From Eledone cirrhosa (Eukaryota): 64,000 bases of DNA. Positions 15,001 through 60,746 of the stretch are shown here, piece by piece (position 1 is the first letter of the stretch; each line of letters begins with the position of its first letter). The position numbers were made by a program, and so were the translations under genes. The stretch covers positions 49,848,001 to 49,912,000 of the forward strand of contig OZ024745.1 of NCBI GenBank assembly GCA_964016885.1, read 5' to 3'. Under the pieces are notes generated by a model. That model worked only from the letters and a program-made list of their open reading frames with translations. It made no database searches and had not been told where the DNA came from.

Positions 15001-16102
15001 AATATATGAACAATCATCTGGTTGTGGAACCAACCAACCAACCGGAAATTTATAAATTCCTAAATTTATAAATTTAATTTATAATAAATTGAACTGAAAG
15101 CAACTGGTGCATGTGTTTCTTATTGGCAACATGACCCTCCCAAAATATAACAATATATATATATATACATATATACATATATATATACATATACATATAT
15201 ATATATACATATACATATATACATATATATATACATATATATATATATACATATTTATATACATATATATATATACATATACATATATATATACATATAC
15301 ATATACATATATATATATATATATATACATATATACATATTTATATACATATATATATATACATATATATACATATATATATACATATACATATATATAC
15401 ACATATATATATACATATATATACATATCTATATACATATATATATATATATATACATATATATATACATATATATATATACATATATATATACATATAT
15501 ATATATACATATATATATATACATATATATATTCATATACATATATACATATATATATATATACATATATATATATACATATATATATATACATATATAT
15601 ATTCATATATATATATATACATATATATATTCATATACATATATATATTCATATACATATATACATATATATATTCATATACATATATATATTCATATAC
15701 ATATATACATATATATATTCATATACATATATACATATATATATTCATATACATATATACATATATATATACATATACATATACACATACATATATATAT
15801 ATACATATACACATACATATATATATATACATATACATATATACATACATATACACATATATATATGTACATATACACATATATACATATATATATACAT
15901 ATACACATATATACATATATACATATATATACATATACACATATATACATATACACATATATATATACATATACACATATATATATACACATACACACAT
16001 ATATATATATATACACATATATATATACACATACACACATATATATATATATATACATACACACACATATATATTTGTACATACATATACACATATATAT
16101 AT

Positions 16103-17052
16103 GACAAAACCATGGTAGAGGTATTTAAATGTATTCTATTTTCTCCTAGTTTATTTTAAACCTAATTCTGCTTAGTTGACTGTATCTAGGCGATTACGCT
16201 GTCGAGATATTCGATAAATATTCCACTACGGCCGACGCGAAGCGCTAGTTTTGGTTATTTGTTGGAGATTCCTTCATAGAAGCCTCATTCGTATAGCCTG
16301 GTCTATTCGATTTTTTATATAGTTAATTATGCTAATTGGGAGAGGAAATAGTATATATTTTATCTTGTGATTCTATAGACATGTTTTATGATATATAGCT
16401 CTGATTGTTTAATTTATTAATTTTTCATTGAGCCACAAAGTGACCAGTTGCAAAACACGTATATGTATGTGTATGTATATATATATGTAAACTTTTATAT
16501 GTAATAATCTCCCACTAGGTTGAGATACAAATTTGGCTGTATTGTGCTGTGCTTTCTAGCAAAAATGCCACCAGTCGTAAGCAACTACCACACCCCTTCC
16601 AACTTGACCGCGATTACGTCACGATTTTTAGCCATTTTGAAATGAATTCCTGGCGCAATCGTTTTGGAAAATTTAATGTCTAGATATGAGCGAGCTTCCT
16701 GAAGAATCCGGCGCTCGAGTTTATATAATTATTACATAATTATTGGAAAACTCAAAACACGGACGAAACCATGGTAGAGGTATTTAAATGTATTCTATTT
16801 TCTCCTAGTTTATTTTAAACCTAATTCTGCTTAGTTGACTGTATCTAGGCGATTACGCTGTCGAAATATTCGATAAATACTCCACTACGGCCGACGCGAA
16901 GCGCTAGTTTTGGTTATTTGTTGGAGATTCCTTCATAGAAGCCTCATTCGTATAGCCTGGTCTATTCGATTTTTTATATAGTTAATTATGCTAATTGGGA
17001 GAGGAAATAGTATATATTTTATATTGTGATTCTATAGACATGTTTTATGATA
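16103..17052 (+). mobile_element. Hammerhead-bearing non-coding element in partial tandem: 291-bp direct repeats, 659-bp period
   Basis: 16103-16393 and 16762-17052 are near-identical; (TA)n on both flanks; contains HHR-c. Confidence 0.7.
16694..16781 (+). ncRNA. Type I hammerhead ribozyme motif with long stem II insert (HHR-c)
   Basis: Stem I gcttc/gaggt; CTGAAGA at 16699; stem II a-tccg...cgga-c with internal gagttt/aaactc hairpin; GAAA; palindromic stem III ccatgg; GUA site. Confidence 0.72.
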
Positions 17053-18130
17053 CATATATATATATATATATACATACATATATATATACATATATATATA
17101 TACATACATATATATATGTGTTTGTGTGCACGTCTATGCACGTGTTTATGTATAAACATATATATAGATATATAAATATACGTGTGTGTGTGTGCGTGTA
17201 AGTAAAAGTTTACATAACGCACAGCTAAAAATAGAAGCCAAATCTACCTCAAACCATGCCATACCATCTTAAACAAAAAAGGTTATTATTAGATAATATT
17301 GAGAGAGGTACATAAGGAAAATAGATGGAACAGACATGGTTGAAATGTTTTTGATCATAGGTCTGTTTGATCATGGTTGACTTGGAGCTCAACAACAACA
17401 ATTACTACTACTACTACTACTCAGGATTAACAAAATTATTTGGCAGCATCTTGTGAGATATTTTTTTTACAGTTCTTTTTATATTGTTTTGTTGAAATCT
17501 CTTCACTTTTTTTCAAAGATTTATAGAAACAGCCAACCCAATAGAAATTGTTTATGGAAAAAGAGATTATATAAATATAGATTGGTTTAGTATATATTTA
17601 AATAATTAATCATGTGCTGCTTTCTAAAACATGTCCCGTAGAGGGAGAGGATAGAGTCTACATGGTTATTCAGCCAACCTGTTAGAAATAGTAGTCAAAT
17701 TTCCCTGAAATCACACTCAACCATCTTTTAAAAAAATGAAACCCCTACATTAGATAATGTAGACCTAGATGCCCTTAAAAAGATTGAATGATCATGACAG
17801 GAATGTGTTTGATCATAGGTCTGCTCAATCAGAATTGATCTGAGGCTAGACAAAAACAACTACATACAAAAAGGATGTAAAAATATCTTCTTTTTTTTTA
17901 TAAAATGGTCAGTGCCCTATTTTTTATGTTCGTTATTTTTGTTTCAAGGACAGGACTCAATCCATAGCCTGACCAAATCCTATAGATTAGGGATCAGGAA
18001 CCACAAAGATTTCAGAGCCACATGTGATTCTTTAGTCTCTCTTAGGTGTTCTGAACATATGTGGCTCTTTAACCTATTTCAAGTGGTTCTTAGAAGCACT
18101 GATCCACATGTCACACTTTAGCCTATCTCA

Positions 18131-18390
18131 AGTGGCTCTCAGATGTTCTGAACCCATCTGATTCTTAAGCCAACCATATGTGGCTCTCAAGTGTTCTGAA
18201 CCCATCTGATTCTTAAGCCAACCATATGTGGCTCTCAAGTGTTCTGAACCCATCTGATTCTTAAGCCAACCATATGTGGCTCTCAGATGTTCTGAACCCA
18301 TCTGATTCTTAAGCCAACCATATGTGGCTCTCAAGTGTTCTGAACCCATCTGATTCTTAAGCCAACCATATGTGGCTCTCAAGTGTTCTG
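18131..18390. repeat. 48-bp minisatellite, about five near-identical units with degenerate flanking units
   Basis: Unit tggctctcaagtgttctgaacccatctgattcttaagccaaccatatg. Confidence 0.93.
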
Positions 18391-21293
18391 AATATATTTG
18401 GCTCTTTAGCCTACCTTGAGTGGCTCTCAGGTACTCTAAAATTTGTAATTTTATTCTATTTTAACTTCTTTCAGTCAATAGACTGCAGCTATGCTGGGCA
18501 ATATTAATTAATTAATTTTATTTATTATTATTATCATTATTTTTATTACTAGGATTATCATCATCATAACCCAAACATTGAAGCAATTTCATATAAGATT
18601 CAAAGACAATAAAATTGCACTGAGTAAGGAAAATTTAGTTGAATTCATGTTTTCTTGTTTTGTTTATAATAAATTATGTGGCTCTGATGGAAAAAAAAAA
18701 TATAATAATGATTTCTAGTATAGGCACAAGGCCAGTAATTTGGAGGAGGGGAAAGTCTATTAAATCAACCCCAGTATAGCAAAGCTAATATCGGCGGGAT
18801 TGTAACTCAGATCGCAAAGGATCATAACTCTATGCTGCGAAGCATATTGTCTGATGTTCTACCGATACTACCAAAGAGTATCTAAAACTGTTTCTTTAGA
18901 TTGAAAGGATTACTGATCCCTGCTATAGATCGATCACTTAAAGGAGGAGGGGGTAGATTAGTATAGGTTAGCCCTACTGTGCCCCTCTCCAAGCTATTGC
19001 AATATTTGAACTTAGTACTGTGAACATGCAAGAAAAAGAAATATTCATCAATTATATAGTGCTCCTTCTGTTTATGACTTATTAATTCTACTTCCATCTC
19101 TCCATACCATCCATTAGCAGCCAAGGTGAAGCAAGACAATAGGATTAAGTGATGTGTCAGTAAGATCAGTGATGGAATTGAAATTGTGGCTTCGTGGTTG
19201 ACAATTTAGACATAGCCAGTTGCAGCTTTCAAATACAGATTTATTTACGGTTTCATAGAGGAAAGAATAATTACTATATATACTTGTGTAAAAGCCACAC
19301 ATTTCTCAATAAAAATACAATGTTAATAGCCAACATGCAACTTTTCTACTGGATCTACAAAACTTCAATTCAACATATATTGTATATTGTAATTGTATGT
19401 AAAATGGCAGTGTGACTTATACACAAGTGTATACAGCATATGTACATACACACACACACATACATACATAAGCTTGTATATCACACATTTTTATATGAAA
19501 ATACGATGTAAAAAAATCAGCATGTAACTTATACACAAATATATATGCCATATATATACATACGTCTATAAGTCATATCTTTTCCCATGAAAATATGTGA
19601 AAAACCAGCATCTGACTTATCTACTGGATCTACAAAAACTGAATTCAAATTTCCCATACATTCGTATATGTAAAATGGAGGTGCAACTTATTTACCAACT
19701 CAACTTATACTTCAATATATAATGTACATCATTTACTTAAAACCATAATCATTTTTTTCTTTTTAAACTATAAACTCCAAGAGAGAGAGGAAATATATAA
19801 AACCTTATAAAAAAGATTTTGTTTAAAGGTAAAAAAAATACATAAAAATTGGTTGGAATTATTTTAAAAAAAGCAGAATTTTACAAAATAGAGAGAGTTG
19901 ATTGGATACTTTTTAGACAAACACAAAAACAAGAACAAGTATTTTATAGCTGTTTTTCCCAGCTAAAGAAGGGGCCAGCCTTGCGAACCCCATGACAGGC
20001 TTCATACACATCAGAGTTCTTTTTGAAGCAATGTTTTACAGCCTGATACCCTTCCCTATTTACGACAAACAGAATGGAATGGACATCTGTTGGTGTCAAA
20101 GATGTGTTCCAGCTGCTCGATTAATGAAACATGTTGGTGAAATAAGCATGTAAATAAATGGATGAACATTCCAGATACATGTACCTTTAATGTAATTCTG
20201 AAAGAGATGCAGCATGATATGGCTGCACCATTGAATTACTGGTACAGTCCATCCAACAGGCTTCCAAACATATAGTCGTCATGAGGCTATAGTAAATGAC
20301 ACTTGCCCAAGATACTATGCAATGGGATCGAATTTGGGACCTAATGGCTGTGAAGTGAACTCCTTAATCATTCAGCCATATTGCATCCACATTACAACAT
20401 ACAGGGATGTGGTGTACCTATTCTAAACTGTACACTCATATAGATAATGTATACCTTTTCTGAACTAGATACTCACAAGGATGTGGTGTTCCTATTTTAA
20501 ACCAGATACATACAGGGGCAAAATGTACCTTTCTATGCCAGATGCACACAGGAATATAGCGTATCTATTCTAAATTGGATACACACAGTAATATTTCAAG
20601 ACAAACACTACCAAAAGAAATGGTAATTTAAAACCACAGATCACAGCCAAAGAAGAAAATATTGAAATTTTAAGACAAGTCTAGGTTTGTTTAATTTTGT
20701 GGGGTTTTTTTCTGTCTGTATAGAAAATAAATTGTTGTTTTTAATGTTGAGAAACTCAATCTGGAATTTAATTTTTGAAGAGATTTAACAAAAACATAGT
20801 AAAAGAAAAACTTTTTAAATAAAAATTTTGCTGGGAAAAATTTTTTTTTTTGGGGGGGGGAAACAATTTTACCTTTACATGTACAAAAAAGAAAAAAGGA
20901 AATATTATATATATATGTCTGTGTATATATATATTTATAATATTGTTCTAGTCGTTTCATACAGTATGTATGTGTGTGTGTATAACACATTATCATATTC
21001 TTATTTCACACAGTAAATAGATACATACACACACATATATATATAATATACATATATATATATAACACTTTTATATTCTTGTTTCATAAAGTAAATACAC
21101 ACATGTTTATATATATTTATATATACACAGCTTATGAAGGTCAGTGAATTTACTTCAGTGAGCTTCGGCCACTACTCACTCAATGAGTTAATAAGCTTGC
21201 AAGTGAGAAAATGCAAACTATCATTCAGAGAGTACACAAAAATTAATCAGTAAGGAAGATAACAGTGTTTTGGTAATGATACTTTCATATCAA

Positions 21294-21326
<33 letters not shown>

Positions 21327-21876
21327 AGTTTACGAAATGGAAATGCGGGTATATAGAATTTATTAGGTAACAATTGTTTCTATAGTGTATGGGTTACCTA
21401 TACCTCGCTATTTGAATAATATACAAATATTATCATAAACCGAAGGTACACTGTAAGTACACACATATATATATATATAAATTAAAATAACTGATTAAAG
21501 TTTAAGCAAAGAATCGCTGCTTTCACCCTTAACGGGATCTTCTTAGGGTAAAAGTAGCGATTTTTTGCTTAAACTTTAATCTGTTATTTTAATTAATTGT
21601 TTCTACGTTAGGCACAAAGCCAGCAATTACCCAGTGCATTACTGGTACTTTATTTTATCAACCCCGTAAGGATGAAAGTCAAAGTTAACCTTGGCGGGAT
21701 TTGAACTCAGAATGGCAAGGGCCATTAATTAATATTTGCTCTAAGGTTCTTATATATTTGATATATATTTATCCTTATCGAGCCCTCTTTGGATTCTGTC
21801 TTCAAATTTATTATTATTACTATATATATATATATATATATATTTACATGTGCACAGACATATCTATATATATCTC

Positions 21877-21907
<31 letters not shown>

Positions 21908-22893
21908 ATTTATGATTATTCACACAGTATATTCTACTGTTGTTTCAATTATGTTTTTAATAATTGTAATTTTATATTTTAATTTAGGTCTTATTTCATA
22001 AGAAAAACTGTTGAAACTCATTTGAGAAGAAAAAAAAAAAAAATCATAAAAATTAAAAAAAAATTCATTGCCAATTATTGGCACCCTGCCCCAAAGTTAT
22101 AAACATACCCCTGTGGCTTTCCCACCCACAAGATTAGCCCATACCTCCTTTAAAAAAAATACCTGAAAAGCTAAAATTGTTGTTGTTTTAGCTCACACCC
22201 ATAAAGAGTTTAAATCGTCTCCTATGAGTTTGCATTTCATAAGAGGTGTTTTGGGTGTTTTAATGATAGGGTCCCAGTCCTATCATGTTGCTGTTACTGC
22301 TTACATCTATGAAGGTTTAGCTGGTCTCCCACAAGCTTGTTTCTCTGGTGTTTTATGATATGGAGTATAAATACGTGGGGGGGGGGGGAATATAAATAAT
22401 GGTTTTAAATTTAGGCACATGGCCAGCAATTTGTGTGGTGTGGAAGGGAAAGTGGATTATATCGACCCCAGTACATCTAACATATACACAAGGCCACAGT
22501 TTAGGGGGTAGAAGAGATACAATTGATTGACATCAACCCCCCCCCCCCCTCCAGTATATGACTGGGATCTTATTTCATTTATTTTATTGACCACCAGAAG
22601 GATAATGTTGGTCTTAGTGGGTTTTGAACCTAGAATATAAACAGATGCAGCTAAATGTTGCAACGGGAGTCATTTTGTGCACCACTCTACTGGTTCTAGC
22701 AATCCACAAAGATGAAGAAGACAGAAGAAGAAAAGGGATTTAGATGATCTAGTGAGGTATTTCTAGAGAATGACAGAAAGAAATAATAAGATCCCCCACC
22801 CCCACGCTCCCTTCCAAATCAAACTGTATCTTCACTTCACGTAAAGTTTGGAAAGTTTCACAGATTGAAAACCAAGATATTGAGGAATCATAA

Positions 22894-23200
22894 TAGTTAC
22901 CGTAGTTACTGTAGTTACCATAGTTACTGTAGCTACCCTAGTTACTGTAGCTACCCTAGTTACTGTAGCTACCCTAGTTACTGTAGCTACCCTGGTTACT
23001 GTAGCTACCCTGGTTACTGTAGCTACCCTAGTTACTGTAGCTACCCTAGTTACTGTAGCTACCCTAGTTACTGTAGCTACCCTAGTTACTGTAGCTACCC
23101 TAGTTACTGTAGCTACCATAGTTACTGTAGCTACCATAGTTACTGTAGCTACCCTAGTTACTGTAGCTACCATAGTTACTGTAGCTACCATAGTTACTGC
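22894..23200. repeat. 18-bp minisatellite (tagttactgtagctaccc)n, about 17 units
   Basis: Direct reading; the unit is itself a diverged 9-mer dimer. Confidence 0.93.
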
Positions 23201-23573
23201 AATTACATAAGACAATAATACATCTAAGCATACAAGAAGCAATGTGCCTTACATTTTGAATTGGGGGGGGAGGGTGGTGGTGGTGGTGAGGGGGTGGTGA
23301 TTAAAATAGATAATGGTACTAATTTAGACACAAGGCCAGCAATTTTTTAGGGGAAGGGGAAAAATAAAATCAATGAAATAGACCCAGTATATCACTGGTA
23401 CTTTATTCCATCAAACTCAGAGTTAAAAGGCAATGTTGAACCTTGGTGTATTTGAACTCAGAACAGAAAGCAAACTGGGACAACTGCTACACAAAGCATT
23501 CTGTCTGATGCTCTAATGATTCTGCCAATCTACTGACCTAAATATATATATATGATGATGATGATGATGATGA

Positions 23574-23612
<39 letters not shown>

Positions 23613-24095
23613 AGTGTTTCTAATTTAGGCACAAGGCCAGCAATTTTGTGGGGAGAGGGAAAAGTCAATTAAATTGACCCCAGTTCTTCACTGGTACTTA
23701 ATTTTATCGACCCTGGAAGGATGAAAGACAAAGCTGATCTTGGCAGGATTTGAACTCAGAACAGAAAGAGCCAGAAAAAATATCCTAAGATATTTTTTCA
23801 GACTTCTAATTTAAGCACATGTCTAGTAATTTTTGGTAGGAAGAGATAGTCAATTATATCAACCCAGTTCTTGACTGGTACTATTAATAATAATGGTTTC
23901 TAATTTTGGCACAAGGCCAGTAATTTTGTGGGGACAGGGAAAGTTGATTATATTGACCCGCAGTACTTGATTGGTACTACTATTACCCTACTACTAATTG
24001 TATCTCAAAAATAGAAGAAACATGCATGATGATGATGATGATGATGTGATGGATAAGCCACAACAGCTATGTAGACAAAAAAAAAGGGTTAAAAT

Positions 24096-55553
<31,458 letters not shown>

Positions 55554-56241
55554 CTGTCAACAAAAATAATATATAATTGAATATTATGTCATATAGACAT
55601 AATTAAAAGCAAATATAAAATTATGTACATATATAAGATATATATCATTGTTTTTATACCTTTTACTCACTTCTTATGAAATGCAGGGATATGGTGTACC
55701 TATTTTCAACTGGACACACAAAAACACCTATATGATTTCCATGTGTCTAACACACGTGGGCATGCCCATAAAGTCAGAAAACAGCACAGCTCCCATGACT
55801 TTCGGAAACATTTTTGCACGCTTACAGTTGCTAAAGCATGGAACAAACTACCTGCATCAGTTCTTAGCTGTCGAAACACTGCATCCTTTAAAACCTCCAT
55901 ACTTCCCGAGATTCGCCAACACTACACCTAATATTCCCCCTCCATACACACGCACACATCTATATCATGACTCATACACTATTCACTTCCCTGACATTTG
56001 TATATTATTCTATGTTCTATACATGCACCTTTGACGAGTTGTAGAGCACCTGAGCACTGTACACAATAATTTGATTATTATTATTATATAGCTGACTGAA
56101 TATACCCATGCCTTTTCACAAACATTTCTTACTTTCCTTCCTCTCTTTATCTCTATCATTTTATTCTTTTTTTTTTTCTTATTCTATCTTTTGGTGAAGG
56201 ACTAGTGTCCAAAACATAAAGGCTCTTTTCTTACTTTTCAC

Positions 56242-57809
56242 ATGAGCGTTAGATCATCTGCGCATAGGAGTTTCCATGGGCAGCCGGTCTTGAACTCCAC
56301 TGTTATAGCCTGAAGGGCAATAATAAATAGTAGGGGGCTAAGAACAGAGCCCTGATGAACGCCAACTTTTACGCTAAACTCTTCACTATATTCGTTGTTA
56401 ATTCTAACCTTGCTGACTGTTTCTTTATACATGGCTTGTATAGCTCTCACAAGCCATTCATCAACCCCTAGTTTTCTAAGAGCCCACCAGATTATGGAAT
56501 GGGGGACTCTGTCGAAGGTTTTCTCCAAGTCGACAAAAGTTAAGTATAGGGGTTTACTTTTAGCTAGGTACTTCTGTAGTTGTCGTACAATGAAAAGAGC
56601 GTCTGTGGTACTTTTACCTGACACAAACCCGAACTGCATTTCATCTAGATCAATTCTCTCTCTGATTAGTTGCGCTATTACTTTTTCTGTGACCTTCATG
56701 ACATGGTCGATTAATTTAATGCCTCTATAGTTACTCCTATCTAGGGCATCTCCTTTACCCTTGTAGCAGTTAATGATGATGCTGCTACGCCAGTCCTTCG
56801 GAACAATTCCATTCTGTATGACTCGGTTTACTATCCGGGTGACCATGGTGTGTCCCACCGTTCCAGAAGCTTTCAACATTTCAGCAACTATTTCCGAAGG
56901 CCCAGCCGCCTTACCCGTCTTCATATCCTTGATTGCCTTACTTATTATACTACCCTCGACTAACACTGCTGGTCCCTCTATTGGGTCGATGTGGGGGAGA
57001 CTGTCTTTCTCCCATTTATTCTCCTCATTTAGTAGCCTTTCATAGTGACACTTCCAAGCTACCTTCTTATCAGCGTCGGTGATGGCAAGTACGCCGTCAT
57101 CATTAAGTACACACTTCTCCCCGACAATATCACGGTTTTCCTTGACACATTGCCTAGCAATCCTGAACACCTCACGTTTTTGGTCCTCACGTTGTAGAAC
57201 ATGCTTGAACTTTCTTTCCTCTGCTTTCCTTCTTGCGAAGTACACTTGTCTCCTAGCTTCCCTCCTGGCCACTTGATAGTCTTCTCTACTTCCCCCATCC
57301 CGCCATACTTTCCAAGCCTGCTTTTTGGCCTTAATTGACCCCTCCACCTTACTGTTCCACCACCATGTTACTCTCCTCCTGCCTACAGGCCTGCTCCAGC
57401 CACAGACTTCGTCTGCTGCCATCAGCAGGTTTGCTTTCAGGAATTCCCACTGTTCCTCTATATTGTACGACTCTAAATGCTCTTCCTTACTGTCGAAAAC
57501 ATCAAGTAATATGCTTTTAAATTTATTACTGGCTGTGGGGTCCTTTAGCTTCCATATTTTTCTCCTGAGGATAGTCCTCTTCTGTTGTCGATTACATCTC
57601 ATCCTGACTATGAGGTCGCTAATTATTAGTCTATGTTGGGAGGTGCATTCTTCAGGGGGGAGGGATTTAGTGTTTACAACAGACAGTCTGTCACGTCTTC
57701 TGGTAAGAATATAATCTACCTGGCTTGTGTGTTCCCCCGATCTATAGGTGATCAGGTGATTGTCACGTTTTTGAAGTTAGTGTTACAGATAGTTAGGTTA
57801 TTTGCGTCA
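56242..57809 (-). mobile_element. RTE-clade LINE copy 4, internal fragment in the opposite orientation
   Basis: 454-aa ORF nearly identical to copy 2; broken at CADDLTL and at a (TA)n tract. Confidence 0.92.
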
Positions 57810-57856
57810 TATATATATATATATATATATTTTATATATATATGTATATATATATA

Positions 57857-57944
<88 letters not shown>

Positions 57945-57962
57945 TTTATATATATATATATA

Positions 57963-58051
<89 letters not shown>

Positions 58052-58247
58052 TATAAAATATATATATATATACATATATATATAAAATATATATATATAT
58101 ATATATGACGCAAATAACCTAACTATCTGTATATATAAAATATATATATATATATATATAAAATATATATATATATATATATATAAAAAATATATATATA
58201 TATATATAAAATATATATATAAAAATATATATATAAAATATATATAT

Positions 58248-58289
<42 letters not shown>

Positions 58290-58384
58290 ATATATATATA
58301 TTTTATATATATATTTTATATATATATTTTTATATATATATTTTATATATTTTTATATATATTTTTTATATATATATATATATA

Positions 58385-58452
<68 letters not shown>

Positions 58453-58874
58453 ATATGTATATATATATATATTTTATATCATCATCAGTTCATTTCAGTT
58501 TACGTCCGCTTTTTCCCTGTTTGCAAGGGTGGGACGGGAACTGATTCTGGCTTGATTTCTACAGCTGGATGCCCTTCCTAACACCAACCTCATTTACAGT
58601 GAGTGCTGGGTGCTTTTTTGCCGTGGCACCTGCACGACCACTTTGCAGTGGAATGGTATGGACCCCAGTCCCTATCATCTCATTTCTACAGCTGAATAAA
58701 CTGGAGCAATGTGAAATAAAGTGTCTTGCTCAAGGGAACAACACATCACCCAGTCTGAGAATTGAACTCAACATTTCCATTGCAAGGCCAATGCTCTAAC
58801 CACTAAGCCATGTGCCTCCATTTATATGTATATATATATATATTTTATATATATATATATATATAAAATATATA

Positions 58875-58944
58875 TCGTCTGACGAACGAATGAAGTCGTT
58901 TATTTCGTATTCGCCTCATTCGGGAAACCTCTGGTAATGAGGTA
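58875..58944 (+). ncRNA. Type I hammerhead ribozyme motif, 5' stem I clipped by (TA)n (HHR-e)
   Basis: tcgt CTGACGA a-cgaatga...tcattcg-g GAAA cc[tct]gg TA atga. Confidence 0.65.
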
Positions 58945-59561
58945 ATTATATTGTATTGATTTTTATACATTATATATATATATATATATATTTTATATAT
59001 ATATACATATATATATTTTATATATATATACATATATATATTTTATATGTATATATACATATATATATTTTATATGTATATATACATATATATATTTTAT
59101 ATATATATACATATATATATTTTATATGTATATATACATATATATATTTTATATGTATATATACATATATATTTTATATGTATATATACATATATATTTT
59201 ATATGTATATATACATATATATTTTATATGTATATGTACATATATATTTTATATGTATATATACATATATATTTTATATGTATATATACATATATATTTT
59301 ATATGTATATGTACATATATATTTTATATGTATATATACATATATATTTTATATGTATATGTACATATATATTTTATATGTATATGTACATATATATTTT
59401 ATATGTATATATACATATATATTTTATATGTATATATACATATATATTTTATATGTATATATACATATATATTTTATATGTATATATACATATATATTTT
59501 ATATGTATATATATATATATATATTTTATATGTATATATATATATATTTTATATGTATATA

Positions 59562-60385
59562 TACTCTTTTACTCTTTTACCTGTTTCAGCCATCCGGCTG
59601 AGGCCATGCTGGGGCACCGCCCTTGTTGCTACACATTTTATCTCCAGCCTGTATAGGTTGGCCACTGGTGTAGGAGGGAGTTTGTTGCTGCTGCCCTTAG
59701 GTTTCCCTCGTGTCTTGCTGTGGGCTCATCCGGGATCCTGGATAACAAGGTGTCGAGATGTTTCTTAAAGACATCCACCTCCACGTCATGCAAGTCTCTC
59801 AGATGCCTCGGCAGCCTGTTGAAGAGTTGAGGGCCCTTGAATCCCAGGCTATTGCAATACCTGCTCCTTATTCTAGATGTGGAAGACGGGACCTTTGGCA
59901 CCACACAGTGACGTCCTGTTCGATGGTTGGTCCAGCTCCCAATGCCAAAGTTTGGTGCTAGTCCCTCCAGGATTTTGCACATGTAGATCACTGCGTATCT
60001 CTCCCGTCTTCGCTCCAAGGAGTAGAGGTTCAGTTCCTTCAGCCTCTCCCAGTAGCTTGTCTCCCTCATCTTGGCAATCCTCTTGGTGTAGCTTCGCTGG
60101 ATTGCCTCAAGCTCTGTGGTTAGTTTGACACTATGGGGTGACCACAGCTGGGAGCAGTAGTCCAGGCGGCTTAGGACAAAAGTCCTCCACAGTGTCAACA
60201 TGGTGTCTCGATCTCTTGTAAGGAAAGTCCTCAAGATCCAGCCAGCGAATCGTCTACATGTTGTCGCCACCTTCATGATGTGTGAAGAAAAAGATGCATC
60301 ATCGCTCATGTCTATGCCCAGGTCTCGTATCGATTTTGACACGGGGATATCGGTCCCTCCTGGTCCTGTGTAGCTGTGTTCCGCT
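59562..60385 (-). mobile_element. CR1/L2-group LINE 3' fragment, second family, (TAAAAGAG)n tail
   Basis: RDLGI, LDYCSQLWSP and LYSLERRRER motifs; embedded in microsatellite. Confidence 0.88.
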
Positions 60386-60746
60386 ATATATATATATATA
60401 TTTTATATGTATATATATATATATATTTTATATGTATATATATATATTTTATATGTATATATATATATTTTATATGTGTATATATATATTTTTTATATGT
60501 ATATATATATATTTAATATGTATATATATATATTTTTTATATGTATATATACATATATATTTAATATGTATATATATATATATTTTATATGTATATATAC
60601 ATATATATTTTATATATATATATATATTTTATATATATATATATATATTTTATATGTATATATATATATATTTTATATGTATATATACATATATATTTAA
60701 TATGTATATATATATATTTTATATGTATATATACATATATATTTTA

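Noticed and set aside
18128-18382. Regular 48-bp array resembling a CRISPR array or repeat protein
   Set aside because: The units are contiguous with no unique spacers, the context is eukaryotic and there are no cas genes.
18860-19300. Non-repetitive-looking stretch that might be an exon or pseudogene
   Set aside because: Stops in the frames I checked and no recognisable motif or splice pair.
22832-23242. ORFs with (VATVTR)n or (SYCSYP)n repeats resembling antifreeze or structural proteins
   Set aside because: Fully explained by an 18-bp minisatellite; no splice or start context and open on both strands.
56188-56226. Possible decayed hammerhead (ttggtga a gga[ctagtg]tcc aaaac)
   Set aside because: Several core positions are wrong (no CUGA, no GAAA); too degenerate to call.
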